The notes: generated by a model not told the origin, from the letters alone. A stretch of 46,229 nt of DNA from a virus (IMGVR_UViG_3300027908_000001:151167-197395); one strand, 5' to 3'; positions 1 to 10,815 are shown, counted from the first letter of the stretch. Numbers and translations: made by a program.

Positions 1-167
1 TGGTCGACACGGTCAGGGAGCAAAATCGGGCAAAGACTGAACCGCTTCTCAACCTTGTCGGACTTGAGCAGTTCGGCGGTAACGACAAAATCCTGTGCGG
101 CGGTATCGGCAGTGTGTTCCATCTACCATTCGCCTTGGAGGGTCAAAACGGCAGCGAAAAATACCAC

Positions 168-196
168 TTGACTCGATTCGAGTTATATGGTTGAGT
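168..196 (+). promoter_or_regulatory. sigma70-type promoter with operator CTCGATTCGAG (172-182)
   Basis: TTGACT overlapping the palindrome; weak -10. Confidence 0.6.
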
Positions 197-202
197 GAGG
201 AC

Positions 203-2158
203 ATGAAGTTCACCAAGGTCAACGAAGATGGTCATATTCAGACGTTCTATTTCGGCGACAGCATCCATGACGCATGGGAAACGCAGGCCACCACGCTGGA
301 GTCCGCCATCCGCAAGTTCCGGGTCGGTTGCGCGCAGCCATACAAGTATGTGCCCGAGAACCAGCAGGTGACCGAACGCATCACCGAGGGCCAGTTCCAC
401 GAAGATGTCGTGATTGGTGCCAAGCCCAAGGCGCGCATCCCGGTTTTCATTTCGGGCGACCGTGGCCGCAAACAGGTCGCCAGCATCCCCGTGGAAGAAC
501 CGGCAACCGTGCCGCTATTGACAGGGGAAATCTCCACGGAAGTCTCGCAGGCCATGCAGATTGATTTATCCGGCAAGAATCTGGTCGGCAATCGCCAACT
601 GGTCGATGCCGGGATGCGGGAACTGGACCGGCAAAAGGCCCGGCTCGAACTCCAGAAAGCCATTATGGAAGAGAAGCTGGAGAAACTTCGGGCGCAAGTG
701 GCGCTCGGGATGAAGTCCATCTGGATGGTCGAACTCTATCTCGGTAGCAAACAGGAATTGAAGGTGTTACGGGAGGGCCAACCGGCGGATGTCAAGGAGC
801 CTATCACCGTCATGCAGCGAGTGCTCTGCATGGACGAGGAACTGGTGGTGTGGGCGTGGTTCAATCGGCCGGAAATGCTGACCAACAATAAGGAAGCCTT
901 CGATTACAAAAACCTCGGTGATTTCGACCGCTGGCTCTTGGAATCCGAATCCCACCTTGACCAGATTATCCCGGCCAAGAAAGGCATTGCGGCGTTGCGG
1001 GTCCGGCGCGAAAAGAAAGACCGGGGCGAATGTCAGAGTCTCGCCGAAGCCTTCGCGCAGATAGAAGAAGAAGCCTGCGACAAGCAGACCTACATCCTGA
1101 TTCGGAACGGTGAGAACCTGTACCGACTCTGGGCGGATACCTCCCTCTGGCCGCGGATGTTTCCGCGTCGGACGGAATTTGATGTGGAAGCGTGGAAGAA
1201 AGAGCGCGACCGCGATTGGATTAGCTCGCTGGACAAGGAAGAATGGGCCGAAGCCAAGGAAGGGTATCTGCGCGGGTTGATTGTCATTCAGGGGTTGCTT
1301 GACCACACGCCGGTATTTCATCCGTTGCCGGAACGCATCGTGGTATTCGACACGGCCTGCGTGGAACGCACCATGCGCCTGATTCGGGACGACGAACCCG
1401 CGCTCGTGGCGGATACCTCGTTGATGGACTGGTACGGCTACGAGAAATGGCTGCAAGAACAGGTACGGGTAGGCGCGCGCGTGCTTTGGATTAAACAGCC
1501 CTATTACGGCAGCAAGGGCGAGAACCCGCTCTACGAGGCTACGGGCATCAAGTCGGTTTGCTCTTGGCCCGACCCCTCGGAAATATTCACTATCGACGAA
1601 GCCATCGAAACCAAATGGGGGCGTGGCAACTGGAAATTCAAGTACAACCCCGGCGACACCATCTATCCAAAAGACCGCTGGTCGAACGAGGAACCGCACG
1701 AGCGCACCCGCCGTGTCTCCTTCCGGGCCTATTCCGATGAAGTGATTTCATTCGACGCCATTAGCTTGCGATACCTGAAACATCTCTTGCTGGACCGGTC
1801 GCAACGCGCCCACTACATGAGCGCCCTGCCCATGCTCTATCGCTGGTGGAACAAGGCCAAGGCGGAATTCCAGCATGAAGAACCGTTCATCAAACTGGTG
1901 CTGGCACAGGCCGGTATCGCCCACGATGACCCGGCCCGGCAGAACGAAGTCGCCCGCTGCCGTCGGCTGGTTCGCTGGTGGAAGTTGCGCACCAAAGAGG
2001 CTCGAACACTCCAAAAGGATGAGCCCAAAGCGTTGCGGATGATTCTCAAGGCATTCCAGAAGGGCGAGGATTACGAAGCCGACCCCGAACGCGGGCTACC
2101 TGAACCACAATTTATCCGCAGCCAGCCCGAACCGGTCGCGGAAGAATTCGCAGAATAG
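203..2158 (+). CDS. hypothetical phage protein with coiled coil
   Basis: Long ORF; ATG at 203 follows GAGG RBS and a promoter motif. Confidence 0.8.
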   Translation: MKFTKVNEDGHIQTFYFGDSIHDAWETQATTLESAIRKFRVGCAQPYKYVPENQQVTERITEGQFHEDVVIGAKPKARIPVFISGDRGRKQVASIPVEEPATVPLLTGEISTEVSQAMQIDLSGKNLVGNRQLVDAGMRELDRQKARLELQKAIMEEKLEKLRAQVALGMKSIWMVELYLGSKQELKVLREGQPADVKEPITVMQRVLCMDEELVVWAWFNRPEMLTNNKEAFDYKNLGDFDRWLLESESHLDQIIPAKKGIAALRVRREKKDRGECQSLAEAFAQIEEEACDKQTYILIRNGENLYRLWADTSLWPRMFPRRTEFDVEAWKKERDRDWISSLDKEEWAEAKEGYLRGLIVIQGLLDHTPVFHPLPERIVVFDTACVERTMRLIRDDEPALVADTSLMDWYGYEKWLQEQVRVGARVLWIKQPYYGSKGENPLYEATGIKSVCSWPDPSEIFTIDEAIETKWGRGNWKFKYNPGDTIYPKDRWSNEEPHERTRRVSFRAYSDEVISFDAISLRYLKHLLLDRSQRAHYMSALPMLYRWWNKAKAEFQHEEPFIKLVLAQAGIAHDDPARQNEVARCRRLVRWWKLRTKEARTLQKDEPKALRMILKAFQKGEDYEADPERGLPEPQFIRSQPEPVAEEFAE

Positions 2159-2161
2159 TAG

Positions 2162-2190
2162 TTGACTCGATTCGAGTAATGCGCTACCGT
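2162..2190 (+). promoter_or_regulatory. promoter with operator (2166-2176)
   Basis: TTGACT-17-TACCGT. Confidence 0.75.
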
Positions 2191-2234
2191 GCTGTCGTAA
2201 CGCGAAACCAGAACCATCAACCGACAGGAAGAAC

Positions 2235-3278
2235 ATGACCTATACAATTGACAAGCAAACCCTGCAATCCATCGCCCGGCTCCGGGACTTGCAGGTCGCC
2301 CGCATCCAAATTGCCGAACTCAAGGAGTATGGATTCCCGCTCACCAAGTCCGAGGAAGCCAATACCGCCGCCGTGGAGTTCCGCAACGGGTCCAGCGAAC
2401 TGGTGGTACTTCCGTTCAAGCGTGTTGCCGCGTGGGCCGCGCTATTGCCTGCGGGCGCTATCAACGTTGTAGTTGATGAGCACGCCGTGCGGTTCTCCAA
2501 GGGCGGTTCGGAAGTCAAGTTCTGGCGCAGCACCACGCCGCAATCAGAGGCGCTCGTGGTCGATGCCGGTACCGGTTCTGAATTCAAGCTGGTCGGCGCT
2601 ACCGCCGATGAGACCGAACTGGCGGCCATCAAACAGAAACTGGCGGCGGTTCGCAAATCGGCCAAGCACTCGAAGGAACTCGGGAACGCCAAGGCCAATG
2701 AGCGCGAAGCGTTTGGGGAATTGCGACAGTTGACCAACCGGGCACGGGCCAATCGCCAGACCATCGCCGAGAAGCCGCTGGCTCAAGCCATCGCCGATGC
2801 GCGAACGGAGCGCACCATCCGCAATCAGGTCCGCTCCCTGAACCAGTCCATTGAAGCCTACTGGTCGCGCAAGGTAAACCTGCCGATTTTGGACGGGCTA
2901 CCGACCGACGCCGTGGCCCGGCTCACCGACCTGCACGACCGGCGCGCCGCGTCCGAAAAGAAACAGCACGTGCGTAAGGCCGAGGGGTTTCTGGTCGCGC
3001 TGGGCAACGATTGGGTCGATTCATGGAAGTCAGCACTGGCGCTCCGGAGTCCCGAGGTGCAGTTCTACGCGGGCCGCGCCGCTCCGTACCGGAACTACAG
3101 CCAGCGCTGCCGCCACATGGGCCGCCAATCCAGCACGCCAAGCCTGAGTGCCCACAGCTTCCCGAATGACGGCTACACGCGGGCGCGCAAACAACTGCGG
3201 GGACAACCGGCCGAACTGGCGCGGCGGACCGAGACTTATTTGTTGGCCTTGGGCCGGTTGCGGAAACTGAAAAAATAG
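2235..3278 (+). CDS. hypothetical protein
   Basis: 347-aa ORF with AGGA RBS and its own promoter. Confidence 0.8.
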   Translation: MTYTIDKQTLQSIARLRDLQVARIQIAELKEYGFPLTKSEEANTAAVEFRNGSSELVVLPFKRVAAWAALLPAGAINVVVDEHAVRFSKGGSEVKFWRSTTPQSEALVVDAGTGSEFKLVGATADETELAAIKQKLAAVRKSAKHSKELGNAKANEREAFGELRQLTNRARANRQTIAEKPLAQAIADARTERTIRNQVRSLNQSIEAYWSRKVNLPILDGLPTDAVARLTDLHDRRAASEKKQHVRKAEGFLVALGNDWVDSWKSALALRSPEVQFYAGRAAPYRNYSQRCRHMGRQSSTPSLSAHSFPNDGYTRARKQLRGQPAELARRTETYLLALGRLRKLKK

Positions 3279-3281
3279 GTG

Positions 3282-3310
3282 TTGACACCATAACTCGATT
3301 CGAGTAATGT
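3282..3310 (+). promoter_or_regulatory. promoter with operator (3294-3304)
   Basis: TTGACA-17-TAATGT. Confidence 0.8.
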
Positions 3311-3350
3311 ATAGACGTAATCAGAAACCACGAACCGATAGGAGAACGAT

Positions 3351-4283
3351 ATGCGATTCCGATTCACCGAGCCAGCGCCAGCCGATGCCGAGGTCTTTGC
3401 CGACCTGAAAATCGTCCGACTCACCGAGAACGAACGGCCGTGCCTCAAGATTTGGATTGGCCGGTCCACCCGACCATCCTCGTACATCCAATTCAAGAGC
3501 CCGGAACGCCGCGAGGAATACATCGCCGAACAGAAGGCCGCCGCCACGCGCCGGACCGCGTACAAGGCCGAGCGTAACGCGCAGCTTGCCGAGTCCCGCA
3601 AACGTCTATCCGACCCGGCCGCGCTCATCGACGGTGCCAAAGACGGCCAGCGGTTCAGTGGAGCCGAAACGGCGGCCTTGATTCGCTATCGTCTCGCCAA
3701 GGTGTTCCCTGATGTGAAATTCAAGGTCCACACCGAGGACAGTTCGACCATCAACGTGTATTGGACGCTCGGCCCGACCGATGAAGCGGTCAAGCGCGAG
3801 GTGGGTTCGTTCGCGGGGCAGGGGTTCGACGGGATGATTGATATGCGCTACAGCTATACGGCTTGGTTGTCGCCGGACGGCTCCGCCAAAATCGCCCACA
3901 GCGAAGGCACACAGGGCTCCGCCGGTGTGATGCCGGAAATCAATACGGACGCACCCGACCCGAAGGCGGTCCACGTCCATTTTGGGACGGATTTCGTGTT
4001 CACCCATCGCGAGATACCGGACGACTTGCGCGAACGCGTGGCGCGCGACCTGTGCGCGTTGCAGCATGTCGAGTACACCAACCAGTTTCACCAGCGGAAC
4101 CTGCTCGGGGAACACGACACGGAATACCTCAGCACCCATGTCGGGAGACTTTTGAGCGAGACAGCTTTCCCGACCGGCGCGGAATATGCCGGGGTGGAGT
4201 ATTCCAAGGCCGAAGGATATTCGCGGCAATGGGCGAGGGCGGTGCTCAAAGGCGAAGCGGTCGCAGCCGGGAAGGAATCCTAA
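3351..4283 (+). CDS. LPD29-like (large polyvalent protein domain) protein
   Basis: ETAALIR..LAKVFPDVKFKV..INVYWTLGPT..FAGQGFDGMIDM pattern; AGGAG RBS. Confidence 0.7.
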   Translation: MRFRFTEPAPADAEVFADLKIVRLTENERPCLKIWIGRSTRPSSYIQFKSPERREEYIAEQKAAATRRTAYKAERNAQLAESRKRLSDPAALIDGAKDGQRFSGAETAALIRYRLAKVFPDVKFKVHTEDSSTINVYWTLGPTDEAVKREVGSFAGQGFDGMIDMRYSYTAWLSPDGSAKIAHSEGTQGSAGVMPEINTDAPDPKAVHVHFGTDFVFTHREIPDDLRERVARDLCALQHVEYTNQFHQRNLLGEHDTEYLSTHVGRLLSETAFPTGAEYAGVEYSKAEGYSRQWARAVLKGEAVAAGKES

Positions 4284-4286
4284 CCC

Positions 4287-4547
4287 ATGATACAGATAAA
4301 ATTCCAAGCTCACTACCTGCCGAATCATCGGCAATTCAACGTGCTGGTCAAATCGGACAAATTCCGGCTGTTTGAAAAAATGACCATCAGCAAATTCATG
4401 CGTTTCGCTAGAGCAACGGATAAGCCGCTGGTCGTGGATGGCACTACCATCAACTTCGAGGACGGAAAAGAGGCCGAACAGGCAGTGCGGGACTACCTAA
4501 AACAGGTGGCTGATTCCTATCTGGCCTACAAGCGGTCATTGAACTGA
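4287..4547 (+). CDS. hypothetical protein
   Basis: ORF closely follows the upstream gene. Confidence 0.7.
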   Translation: MIQIKFQAHYLPNHRQFNVLVKSDKFRLFEKMTISKFMRFARATDKPLVVDGTTINFEDGKEAEQAVRDYLKQVADSYLAYKRSLN

Positions 4548-4556
4548 AAATAGTAT

Positions 4557-4585
4557 TTGACAACCATACCAGATTCGAGTACATT
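4557..4585 (+). promoter_or_regulatory. promoter with operator (4569-4579)
   Basis: TTGACA-17-TACATT. Confidence 0.8.
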
Positions 4586-4626
4586 CACCACAGATGAAAC
4601 CAAACACTCAACCGACAGGACAGAAC

Positions 4627-4977
4627 ATGAAAGACCAATTCCTTACCATCCTCACCGACGGCGAGAACTACATCGCGCCGTCCATTGGCGACCAGTCCGA
4701 AGTGGACGCCCGCCAGCGCAAGGCCAAGGAATCGACCGATGGCGAGTACGGCGTGGTGGCGATTCCGCTGGCCGATGTATTCACGGGCGCTCATTTCAAG
4801 GTCTGCGCCTACCGGCCAGAAGGCGAGCAGACAGTTCTCAGTCTGGAATGCGATGGCATACCCATTGGAGGCGTTCATCGCCGTGGAGAAACCGGCTACA
4901 TTCGGCTACTCATGGCATCCAACAAAGGCCAAAATGTTAAGTGGCTCTACGGCCAAGAACCGCAAGCACTCGAATAA
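4627..4977 (+). CDS. hypothetical protein
   Basis: ATG after the shared AACCGACAGGA leader. Confidence 0.7.
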   Translation: MKDQFLTILTDGENYIAPSIGDQSEVDARQRKAKESTDGEYGVVAIPLADVFTGAHFKVCAYRPEGEQTVLSLECDGIPIGGVHRRGETGYIRLLMASNKGQNVKWLYGQEPQALE

Positions 4978-5008
4978 CACAACAACAAACCGATAGGAGA
5001 AATCAACC

Positions 5009-5701
5009 ATGAGTATTTCGATTCAAACTGTTCACGAAGGCAAACGCGGTTGCGGGTACCGGAAGGCTGGGGGCATCTATCTCCGCAGCGACGGCGCGGG
5101 CATGGATTGCGGCAAGATGCCCATCCCGCTCGATGTCTGTCCCTGCTGTCATGCCGGGGTGAAACAGGGCCGGGGGTGGACGTGGATAAATGGGAAACTG
5201 ATTGTCGGCGACCGCGAATGCTCCAAGCGAGGCAAGTGCCACGCGGTTTGCCCGCTGAATGATGTCAATCTCGCCAGTCAGGAGCGGGTCGGCCTGCTCT
5301 GGATTGGAGCGGCCTACTACAAGACGCCCGAGGAATTCTCGAACGAAGCCGCGCGGATGGGATTGTCTCGCCGCATCGCCGCCGTGCCGAAAGGGTTCAA
5401 GCTGGGCGAGTCGTGGGTCTGGCTGGCGCACCCGGCAGTTATCGGGGCGGATTGCCCGGAGTGTTCGGACCGCGAAGAAGGCGACCCGCGCCGTGGCACG
5501 TGCAAGAAGTGCAACAACACCGGCCGCATCAAGAAGCCGGGCGTGTTCCGCGTGTTCCGACCCGAGCGCATCGAGTACGTGGTCAAGGACACGGACACCG
5601 AGGAGAAGCTGGCGAAGCTCGTGGCGCGTGGTATCACGCCTATCCGCGTCGAACTCATCGGAACTGAATCGCTCTCGTTGCAGGAAGTTGGCGCGTCATG
5701 A
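5009..5701 (+). CDS. Cys-rich phage hypothetical protein
   Basis: RGCGYRK motif, several CxxC, AGGAG RBS. Confidence 0.75.
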   Translation: MSISIQTVHEGKRGCGYRKAGGIYLRSDGAGMDCGKMPIPLDVCPCCHAGVKQGRGWTWINGKLIVGDRECSKRGKCHAVCPLNDVNLASQERVGLLWIGAAYYKTPEEFSNEAARMGLSRRIAAVPKGFKLGESWVWLAHPAVIGADCPECSDREEGDPRRGTCKKCNNTGRIKKPGVFRVFRPERIEYVVKDTDTEEKLAKLVARGITPIRVELIGTESLSLQEVGAS

Positions 5702-6189
5702 GTACCTTGTTTCTTATGCTCTGCATCTCTGTGGCCGTACTGATTGTGTATGGCTGGGTGAAATCCGGCATCGGCAAACATCTGCCGGACGCATTCCAGC
5801 CTGAGTGGTGGGAGACTGCGCCTACCGAGAATATGTTCACAACGAACACCATCTGCCTGAATGGAGGCAATACTCTCCTGTACGCGCCCTGTCACCGGAC
5901 AATACTGGTAAAATGGAATGGAGCATTCTACGGCGGCGAGTATGACCGTGGCACGCCGGGCGTCACGGTCTGGCGGTTGACGCATGGGGATTTCGTGGGA
6001 GGGACCGAAGACCGTAATTGGGTGAGCGACCATCCGAGGATTGAACTGGTCGCAAAGCTTCGCGGACACCGCGCCGAAGCATACCGTGAAGCGGCATTCC
6101 AGTTTGCAGCCGCCGAAGGTTCGTCCACGATGGGCGCAGCCAAGAAGTGGGCACAGGAAGCTTACGCCGCAACGCAGAAGGAGAAATAA
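5698..6189 (+). CDS. hypothetical protein with N-terminal TM helix
   Basis: ATGA coupling, hydrophobic N-terminus. Confidence 0.7.
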   Translation: MSTLFLMLCISVAVLIVYGWVKSGIGKHLPDAFQPEWWETAPTENMFTTNTICLNGGNTLLYAPCHRTILVKWNGAFYGGEYDRGTPGVTVWRLTHGDFVGGTEDRNWVSDHPRIELVAKLRGHRAEAYREAAFQFAAAEGSSTMGAAKKWAQEAYAATQKEK

Positions 6190-6190
6190 C

Positions 6191-6970
6191 ATGTCCGCAA
6201 CCATCACCGTATCCGAAGAAGTCCGCGACATCCTGAAACGCTCCACCATCACCGACACCACGCTCACGCTGCCGGGCCAGCTTTCCCGTCCGCAGTACGA
6301 CGCCGCGATGAAAGTCATTGGCGGCGCTGGCGGGAAGTGGAACCGCAGCGCCAAATGCCACGTGTTCACTCGCGACCCGCGCGAGGCGCTAGGTATGGCG
6401 GTCGAGACCGGCAAGGCCGTGAATATCCAGCAAACTTTGCAGGCGTTTTATACCCCAGCGGCATTGGCAGCCCGTATGGCAAATTTGCTTTGCCTGAACA
6501 GGAACATGCGCGTGTTGGAGCCATCGGCCGGGGAAGGCGCGTTGGTTGAAGCGATTGCGGTCTACGACGCACAGATTGACTGCTACGAAATCGATGACCA
6601 TGCAATCAAGGTGTTGAAAGAAATGGCGGAGCAAGGCATGTATGTCATGCGCGCAACCAAGCAGGATTTTTTGAATGTGGACCCGAAGCAGGTTGGTCTT
6701 TATGACGCCATTTGCATGAATCCTCCATTCACACGCGGCGCGGCAATCAAGCACACGCTGCACGCTCTGAAATTCCTCAAGCCCAGCGGTCGGCTGGTCG
6801 GCATCCTCGACGCTGGTGTCCTGTTCCGCACCGACAAAGCCACTACAGGGTTCCGGGAGAAAATCGAATCACTCGGCGGTACCTTCCAGAAGTTACCGGC
6901 TGGCAGCTTCAGCGAATCCAGCACCGAGGTCGCCACGGTGTTGTTACAGGTCACGATGCCCGCATGTTAA
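6191..6970 (+). CDS. class I SAM-dependent DNA amino (probably N6-adenine) methyltransferase
   Basis: Motif I VLEPSAGEG, motif IV NPPF; AGGAG RBS. Confidence 0.85.
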   Translation: MSATITVSEEVRDILKRSTITDTTLTLPGQLSRPQYDAAMKVIGGAGGKWNRSAKCHVFTRDPREALGMAVETGKAVNIQQTLQAFYTPAALAARMANLLCLNRNMRVLEPSAGEGALVEAIAVYDAQIDCYEIDDHAIKVLKEMAEQGMYVMRATKQDFLNVDPKQVGLYDAICMNPPFTRGAAIKHTLHALKFLKPSGRLVGILDAGVLFRTDKATTGFREKIESLGGTFQKLPAGSFSESSTEVATVLLQVTMPAC

Positions 6971-7082
6971 TCACCGGCTTCCACTACTGGAAAACTGCCA
7001 TCCATTTGGCCGCGCATCACGCGGCCGGGGGCTGGTGGTTTGAGGCTTACGTGCTGGTGCGGTATCAGCGGGGATTTCTGCA

Positions 7083-7304
7083 ATGAATCGAATGAGTCTA
7101 ACGGAGCTTCGGGAGCACTTGTCGGCACTGGTGGCGGAAAGACCCACGGCGAGGGTTGCTGATGAATTTCAGCGCCACCGAAACGGTGACATCAGTGGTG
7201 TGGCGGAGGTAAAAACAGGCGGAGTGCCGGGCATATACGCGCTATGGGTTGCCGAAAGAATGATTGATACGCGGGCTGGATTCCCGGTAATATTAACATC
7301 ATGA
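7083..7304 (+). CDS. hypothetical protein
   Basis: Short ORF in a coupled run. Confidence 0.55.
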   Translation: MNRMSLTELREHLSALVAERPTARVADEFQRHRNGDISGVAEVKTGGVPGIYALWVAERMIDTRAGFPVILTS

Positions 7305-7649
7305 GCGCTAAACTATCCAAGAGAATCAATTCGGCCATCGATGATTTGGAGCGCATCCCGGCTACCGCGTTCAGCATTCACAAGCATCGGCTTTTGAGCC
7401 GTAAGTTGATATCCATACTCGAACAGTCGAAGCGGCTGGAGAATCGGAAACGGCGATGACCGTCCAAATCTACTACCTTGACCCGCACAAGAAGTTCAAG
7501 CGCCCGTTGCCCGAGCGCAAGCCGAGACAAGCCGTGCCACCACGATTCATCCAGAGACAGCCCACTCAGGATGTTCCATTGGATGATAAACCAGCGCCTC
7601 CCATTGCCGAACCGAAACAGGCCGAACTGTTTTAGGCCGAAAAATGATA

Positions 7650-7678
7650 TTGACAGCGTAACGCGATTCGAGTATATT
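7650..7678 (+). promoter_or_regulatory. promoter with operator (7662-7672)
   Basis: TTGACA-17-TATATT. Confidence 0.8.
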
Positions 7679-7684
7679 TCCATC

Positions 7685-8224
7685 ATGACAACGCGCACCA
7701 AGAAATCCATCATGGCCGACATCAAGGCGACCGCCGGGGAGATTAAACGGACCCTCAATAGTTCGTCGGATGAGATGAGTCGCTTGCGCGTCCAACTCAA
7801 CGAGGCGACGGTGGCACATCGCAGGAGCATCCAGCCGAAGGTCGCTGAACTGAATGCCAAGCGCGATGGCCTGCTGGCCGAACTCAAGGCCACGGAGAAG
7901 CCAGCGCCGGTCGTTCATCCCGAAGTGGCATATATCATCAAAGCGCTTTGTGCTGGAGTGGACTGGTCTGGCAAATGGCAACAGACGTGGGCGCGCGAGG
8001 ATGGGGCCTATGCCATCATTTCCAAAAGCAGCGGTACGTGTTGGGCCGGAATGGGCATGAAGGCGAGATATGTTCCCACGCAGCACGTTCTCATCTGCAC
8101 GGAAAAGGGCAAGGGATTGCGCGGCACAACTCTGATGGATGCCATTAAGATTGCCGAGGTCGAAGGCCGCCTCACCGAAGAGAAACGCAACCAATGGCAG
8201 CACGACGTGGTCAAGCTTATATGA
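7685..8224 (+). CDS. hypothetical protein, probably leaderless
   Basis: ATG lies 6 nt after the -10 box TATATT. Confidence 0.7.
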   Translation: MTTRTKKSIMADIKATAGEIKRTLNSSSDEMSRLRVQLNEATVAHRRSIQPKVAELNAKRDGLLAELKATEKPAPVVHPEVAYIIKALCAGVDWSGKWQQTWAREDGAYAIISKSSGTCWAGMGMKARYVPTQHVLICTEKGKGLRGTTLMDAIKIAEVEGRLTEEKRNQWQHDVVKLI

Positions 8225-8631
8225 CACTCAAAGAACTCCAAACGCTAGTCACCGACATGTTCCGCACCCTCGGCGTACTGGTCACCATCGAGTACGACGC
8301 CGAGCCCTACATCGGCGACGAGACGCTCGAACCCGGCTCGTTCACCATCGACGGCTGGCTGGCGGTGTATCCCTCGCGCGATGAGGCCAGTCAACCGGGC
8401 TTCGCGCTGGACCGAATCGTTGTGACGCCGGGTATGCGAACCCTCCGCAATGGTGACCCGGGCTATCCTGATGAGACGGATGCCCTAAATATTTATCCAT
8501 GCATGTCCCCAAATTGCGAACTGATGAACAACATCGTATTGGAGCGCGTCGCCGAGCAAGTTGTCCGACGAAGGGTCGTTGACTGGCAAGAATGGCGCAA
8601 GGAAGAAGCGATGCTGTCGGGACATCCATGA
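8221..8631 (+). CDS. hypothetical protein
   Basis: ATGA coupling. Confidence 0.7.
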   Translation: MTLKELQTLVTDMFRTLGVLVTIEYDAEPYIGDETLEPGSFTIDGWLAVYPSRDEASQPGFALDRIVVTPGMRTLRNGDPGYPDETDALNIYPCMSPNCELMNNIVLERVAEQVVRRRVVDWQEWRKEEAMLSGHP

Positions 8632-9323
8632 GCACCACCGTCTGTCATTGCCGCTATCTTAGCCTGAATTCCACCTGTGGCACTGAGGCGATGTATTCCT
8701 GCAAATGTCGCCAGACAAAACGCGTGGTCAAGCTCCGGCCGGACCAGCGCCAGACTTTCCGCCAATTGATGAGTGAATCCGGAGACATGCACAAGCTCTA
8801 TCACAAGTATTGCCGGGAAGTAGGGCGGCTCAAGGAATCTGACCGTACCGGCTATGAGTTCATGGAATGGATGCAGTGTTTCTCAAAGCGCAACCCGGCT
8901 GTCCTACGTGTCGGCGTTGACGATGATTGTCATGCGGGTTCGGATGTCTATCTCATCCCACACGAAAGCCGGTACGAACTATGGGGCGTGACGGTGCTTT
9001 ATATCCCGCAATGCACCGGTGAGAAGCCTATTCGGTTTTTTCTCTATCCGAACCATCTACGCGCGATGATGAAGGCGCTGGAAGTCATGGCGAAAACATG
9101 CCGGAGCCATGGCAATCGGACGCTCTCCGGATGCTGGGAAAATGAATCCAAGCCAAACGCACACGACGGCATACCCAAATCAATCACCTTGAAAAGTGTC
9201 CGTGATAACCCATCGAACTGGTCGCCTCCGAAACCGATTTCCAAGGCCAAGAAGAAAAAACTGGCGGCTCTCCGAAGGCGCATGAAGCGTCAGGCGGCTC
9301 AACTGCGAAAGAAAAAATCTTGA
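8628..9323 (+). CDS. hypothetical protein
   Basis: ATGA coupling. Confidence 0.65.
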   Translation: MSTTVCHCRYLSLNSTCGTEAMYSCKCRQTKRVVKLRPDQRQTFRQLMSESGDMHKLYHKYCREVGRLKESDRTGYEFMEWMQCFSKRNPAVLRVGVDDDCHAGSDVYLIPHESRYELWGVTVLYIPQCTGEKPIRFFLYPNHLRAMMKALEVMAKTCRSHGNRTLSGCWENESKPNAHDGIPKSITLKSVRDNPSNWSPPKPISKAKKKKLAALRRRMKRQAAQLRKKKS

Positions 9324-9883
9324 ACACGCCCAAGACCTTCTACATCTCCAACGACATCCGCTGGCTGGATTACAAGGAACATACGGTCATCGGTTTCGCC
9401 AATCCATTGCCGGTCGAAGGCGACCTGCTGGAATCCCACATGGCATCCGGTCGCGTGGCGGTGTTTGAGTTTGAGTTCGTCGTGCCGGGCGAGCCGACAG
9501 GTTCATTCCGCGCCGATATGCGCGACCGCGGGTACAAGGATGCGCTGGTCAAATCACACGCCATTCTCGAAGGCAAAAAGGTGGTCGGTGCCGTCGTTGG
9601 AGCCGTGTTCACCAAACGCGTGCATTCGAGCGAGCACTTCCTAAAAAAACCACCGGCCATCGCCTGCGGTGTCGCCAGCTTGACACAGGTCAAGGGACTC
9701 GGAGCCAACACCGTGGAAATCATCGACCTCGATAATAACAATCGGCGTTACTATGCGAGCATCGCCAAGATTGAAGCCGAAGGCATTCACATGGACCGGG
9801 GACACGGTCACCAAATCTTCTTGCCGCTTGACAAGTGGTCTAGCACCAATCAGAGTCAGCGCACCTTGGACTTGGTAACATGA
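9320..9883 (+). CDS. hypothetical protein
   Basis: TTG start overlapping the upstream stop. Confidence 0.65.
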   Translation: MNTPKTFYISNDIRWLDYKEHTVIGFANPLPVEGDLLESHMASGRVAVFEFEFVVPGEPTGSFRADMRDRGYKDALVKSHAILEGKKVVGAVVGAVFTKRVHSSEHFLKKPPAIACGVASLTQVKGLGANTVEIIDLDNNNRRYYASIAKIEAEGIHMDRGHGHQIFLPLDKWSSTNQSQRTLDLVT

Positions 9884-10815
9884 GCAATAGGAAATGCAAC
9901 GATTGCGGCACCCAGCTTCGTGAGGATGAAGGCTACTGGGCCGAAGGTCGCAAGAAAGATGTATGCAGCGAATGCTACCGAGACATCGTTTCCGATTGCA
10001 CCATCTGCGGTGATGAAGATGTCATGCCGAGCGATGTCAGTGATTACATTCTCTGCAAGGCCGAACTCAGCACCACGGCAAGACGGCCGCCGGGCATCTA
10101 TCTGGTGATTGACCGTCCGTTCCTTTCCATCCCCCTTGTTGGCACCGGTTCGCTTCACGCCAGTGACGTGCTCTTTATTGACAAGCTCCCAAAGCGTGAC
10201 GACCAGTATGACATCAGCGGCCATATCTGCAAGGCATGCTCCAAGCCATTCGCGCGAACTTACCGGGCCGCCTACGGTGGATTTCACGCGAGCGGTGAAT
10301 ACCGCCGGTACAAGCATCCCAAGATGAGCGCGCTACGATTCAGCAAGGCTGGCTGGGAATTCATGCGCGATTACACGCGGTCAGTCATCCTTGCCAATCC
10401 GGACATGCTGCGCGATTTGGAGTGCGATTCGGTTGACGAGGACGCCGATGGGCACCATTTGAGTTACGCCAACGCCAATGACTGGAATGAAATCAAGGAA
10501 CTCTACAAACTTCCAGACCTGCCAACTTACTACGAGTGGGTGGCCGTGAATCGAAAAGGCGTGAAAGTGTATCACACCATCCCCGGTAGCTGGTACTGGA
10601 TGTCTCTGCGGCCAGAGCCCATGTTCCGCAATGCTGCAGGCCGCTCCAAGGAAACCTTCGGGCCAAGCAGTTTGCCGACCTACGATTCCGGCGGGGTGTA
10701 TGATTATTGTTCAACGGGACAGTTTTGCAAACCGGCCATCATTAAGGCCATCGACCAAGGTATTCTAACGCAGCAAGGTATATTCGTGAATGGAAAGGAA
10801 CTGGTGTGTCATTGA
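9880..10815 (+). CDS. Zn-finger-containing hypothetical protein
   Basis: Multiple CxxC; ATGA coupling. Confidence 0.7.
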   Translation: MSNRKCNDCGTQLREDEGYWAEGRKKDVCSECYRDIVSDCTICGDEDVMPSDVSDYILCKAELSTTARRPPGIYLVIDRPFLSIPLVGTGSLHASDVLFIDKLPKRDDQYDISGHICKACSKPFARTYRAAYGGFHASGEYRRYKHPKMSALRFSKAGWEFMRDYTRSVILANPDMLRDLECDSVDEDADGHHLSYANANDWNEIKELYKLPDLPTYYEWVAVNRKGVKVYHTIPGSWYWMSLRPEPMFRNAAGRSKETFGPSSLPTYDSGGVYDYCSTGQFCKPAIIKAIDQGILTQQGIFVNGKELVCH

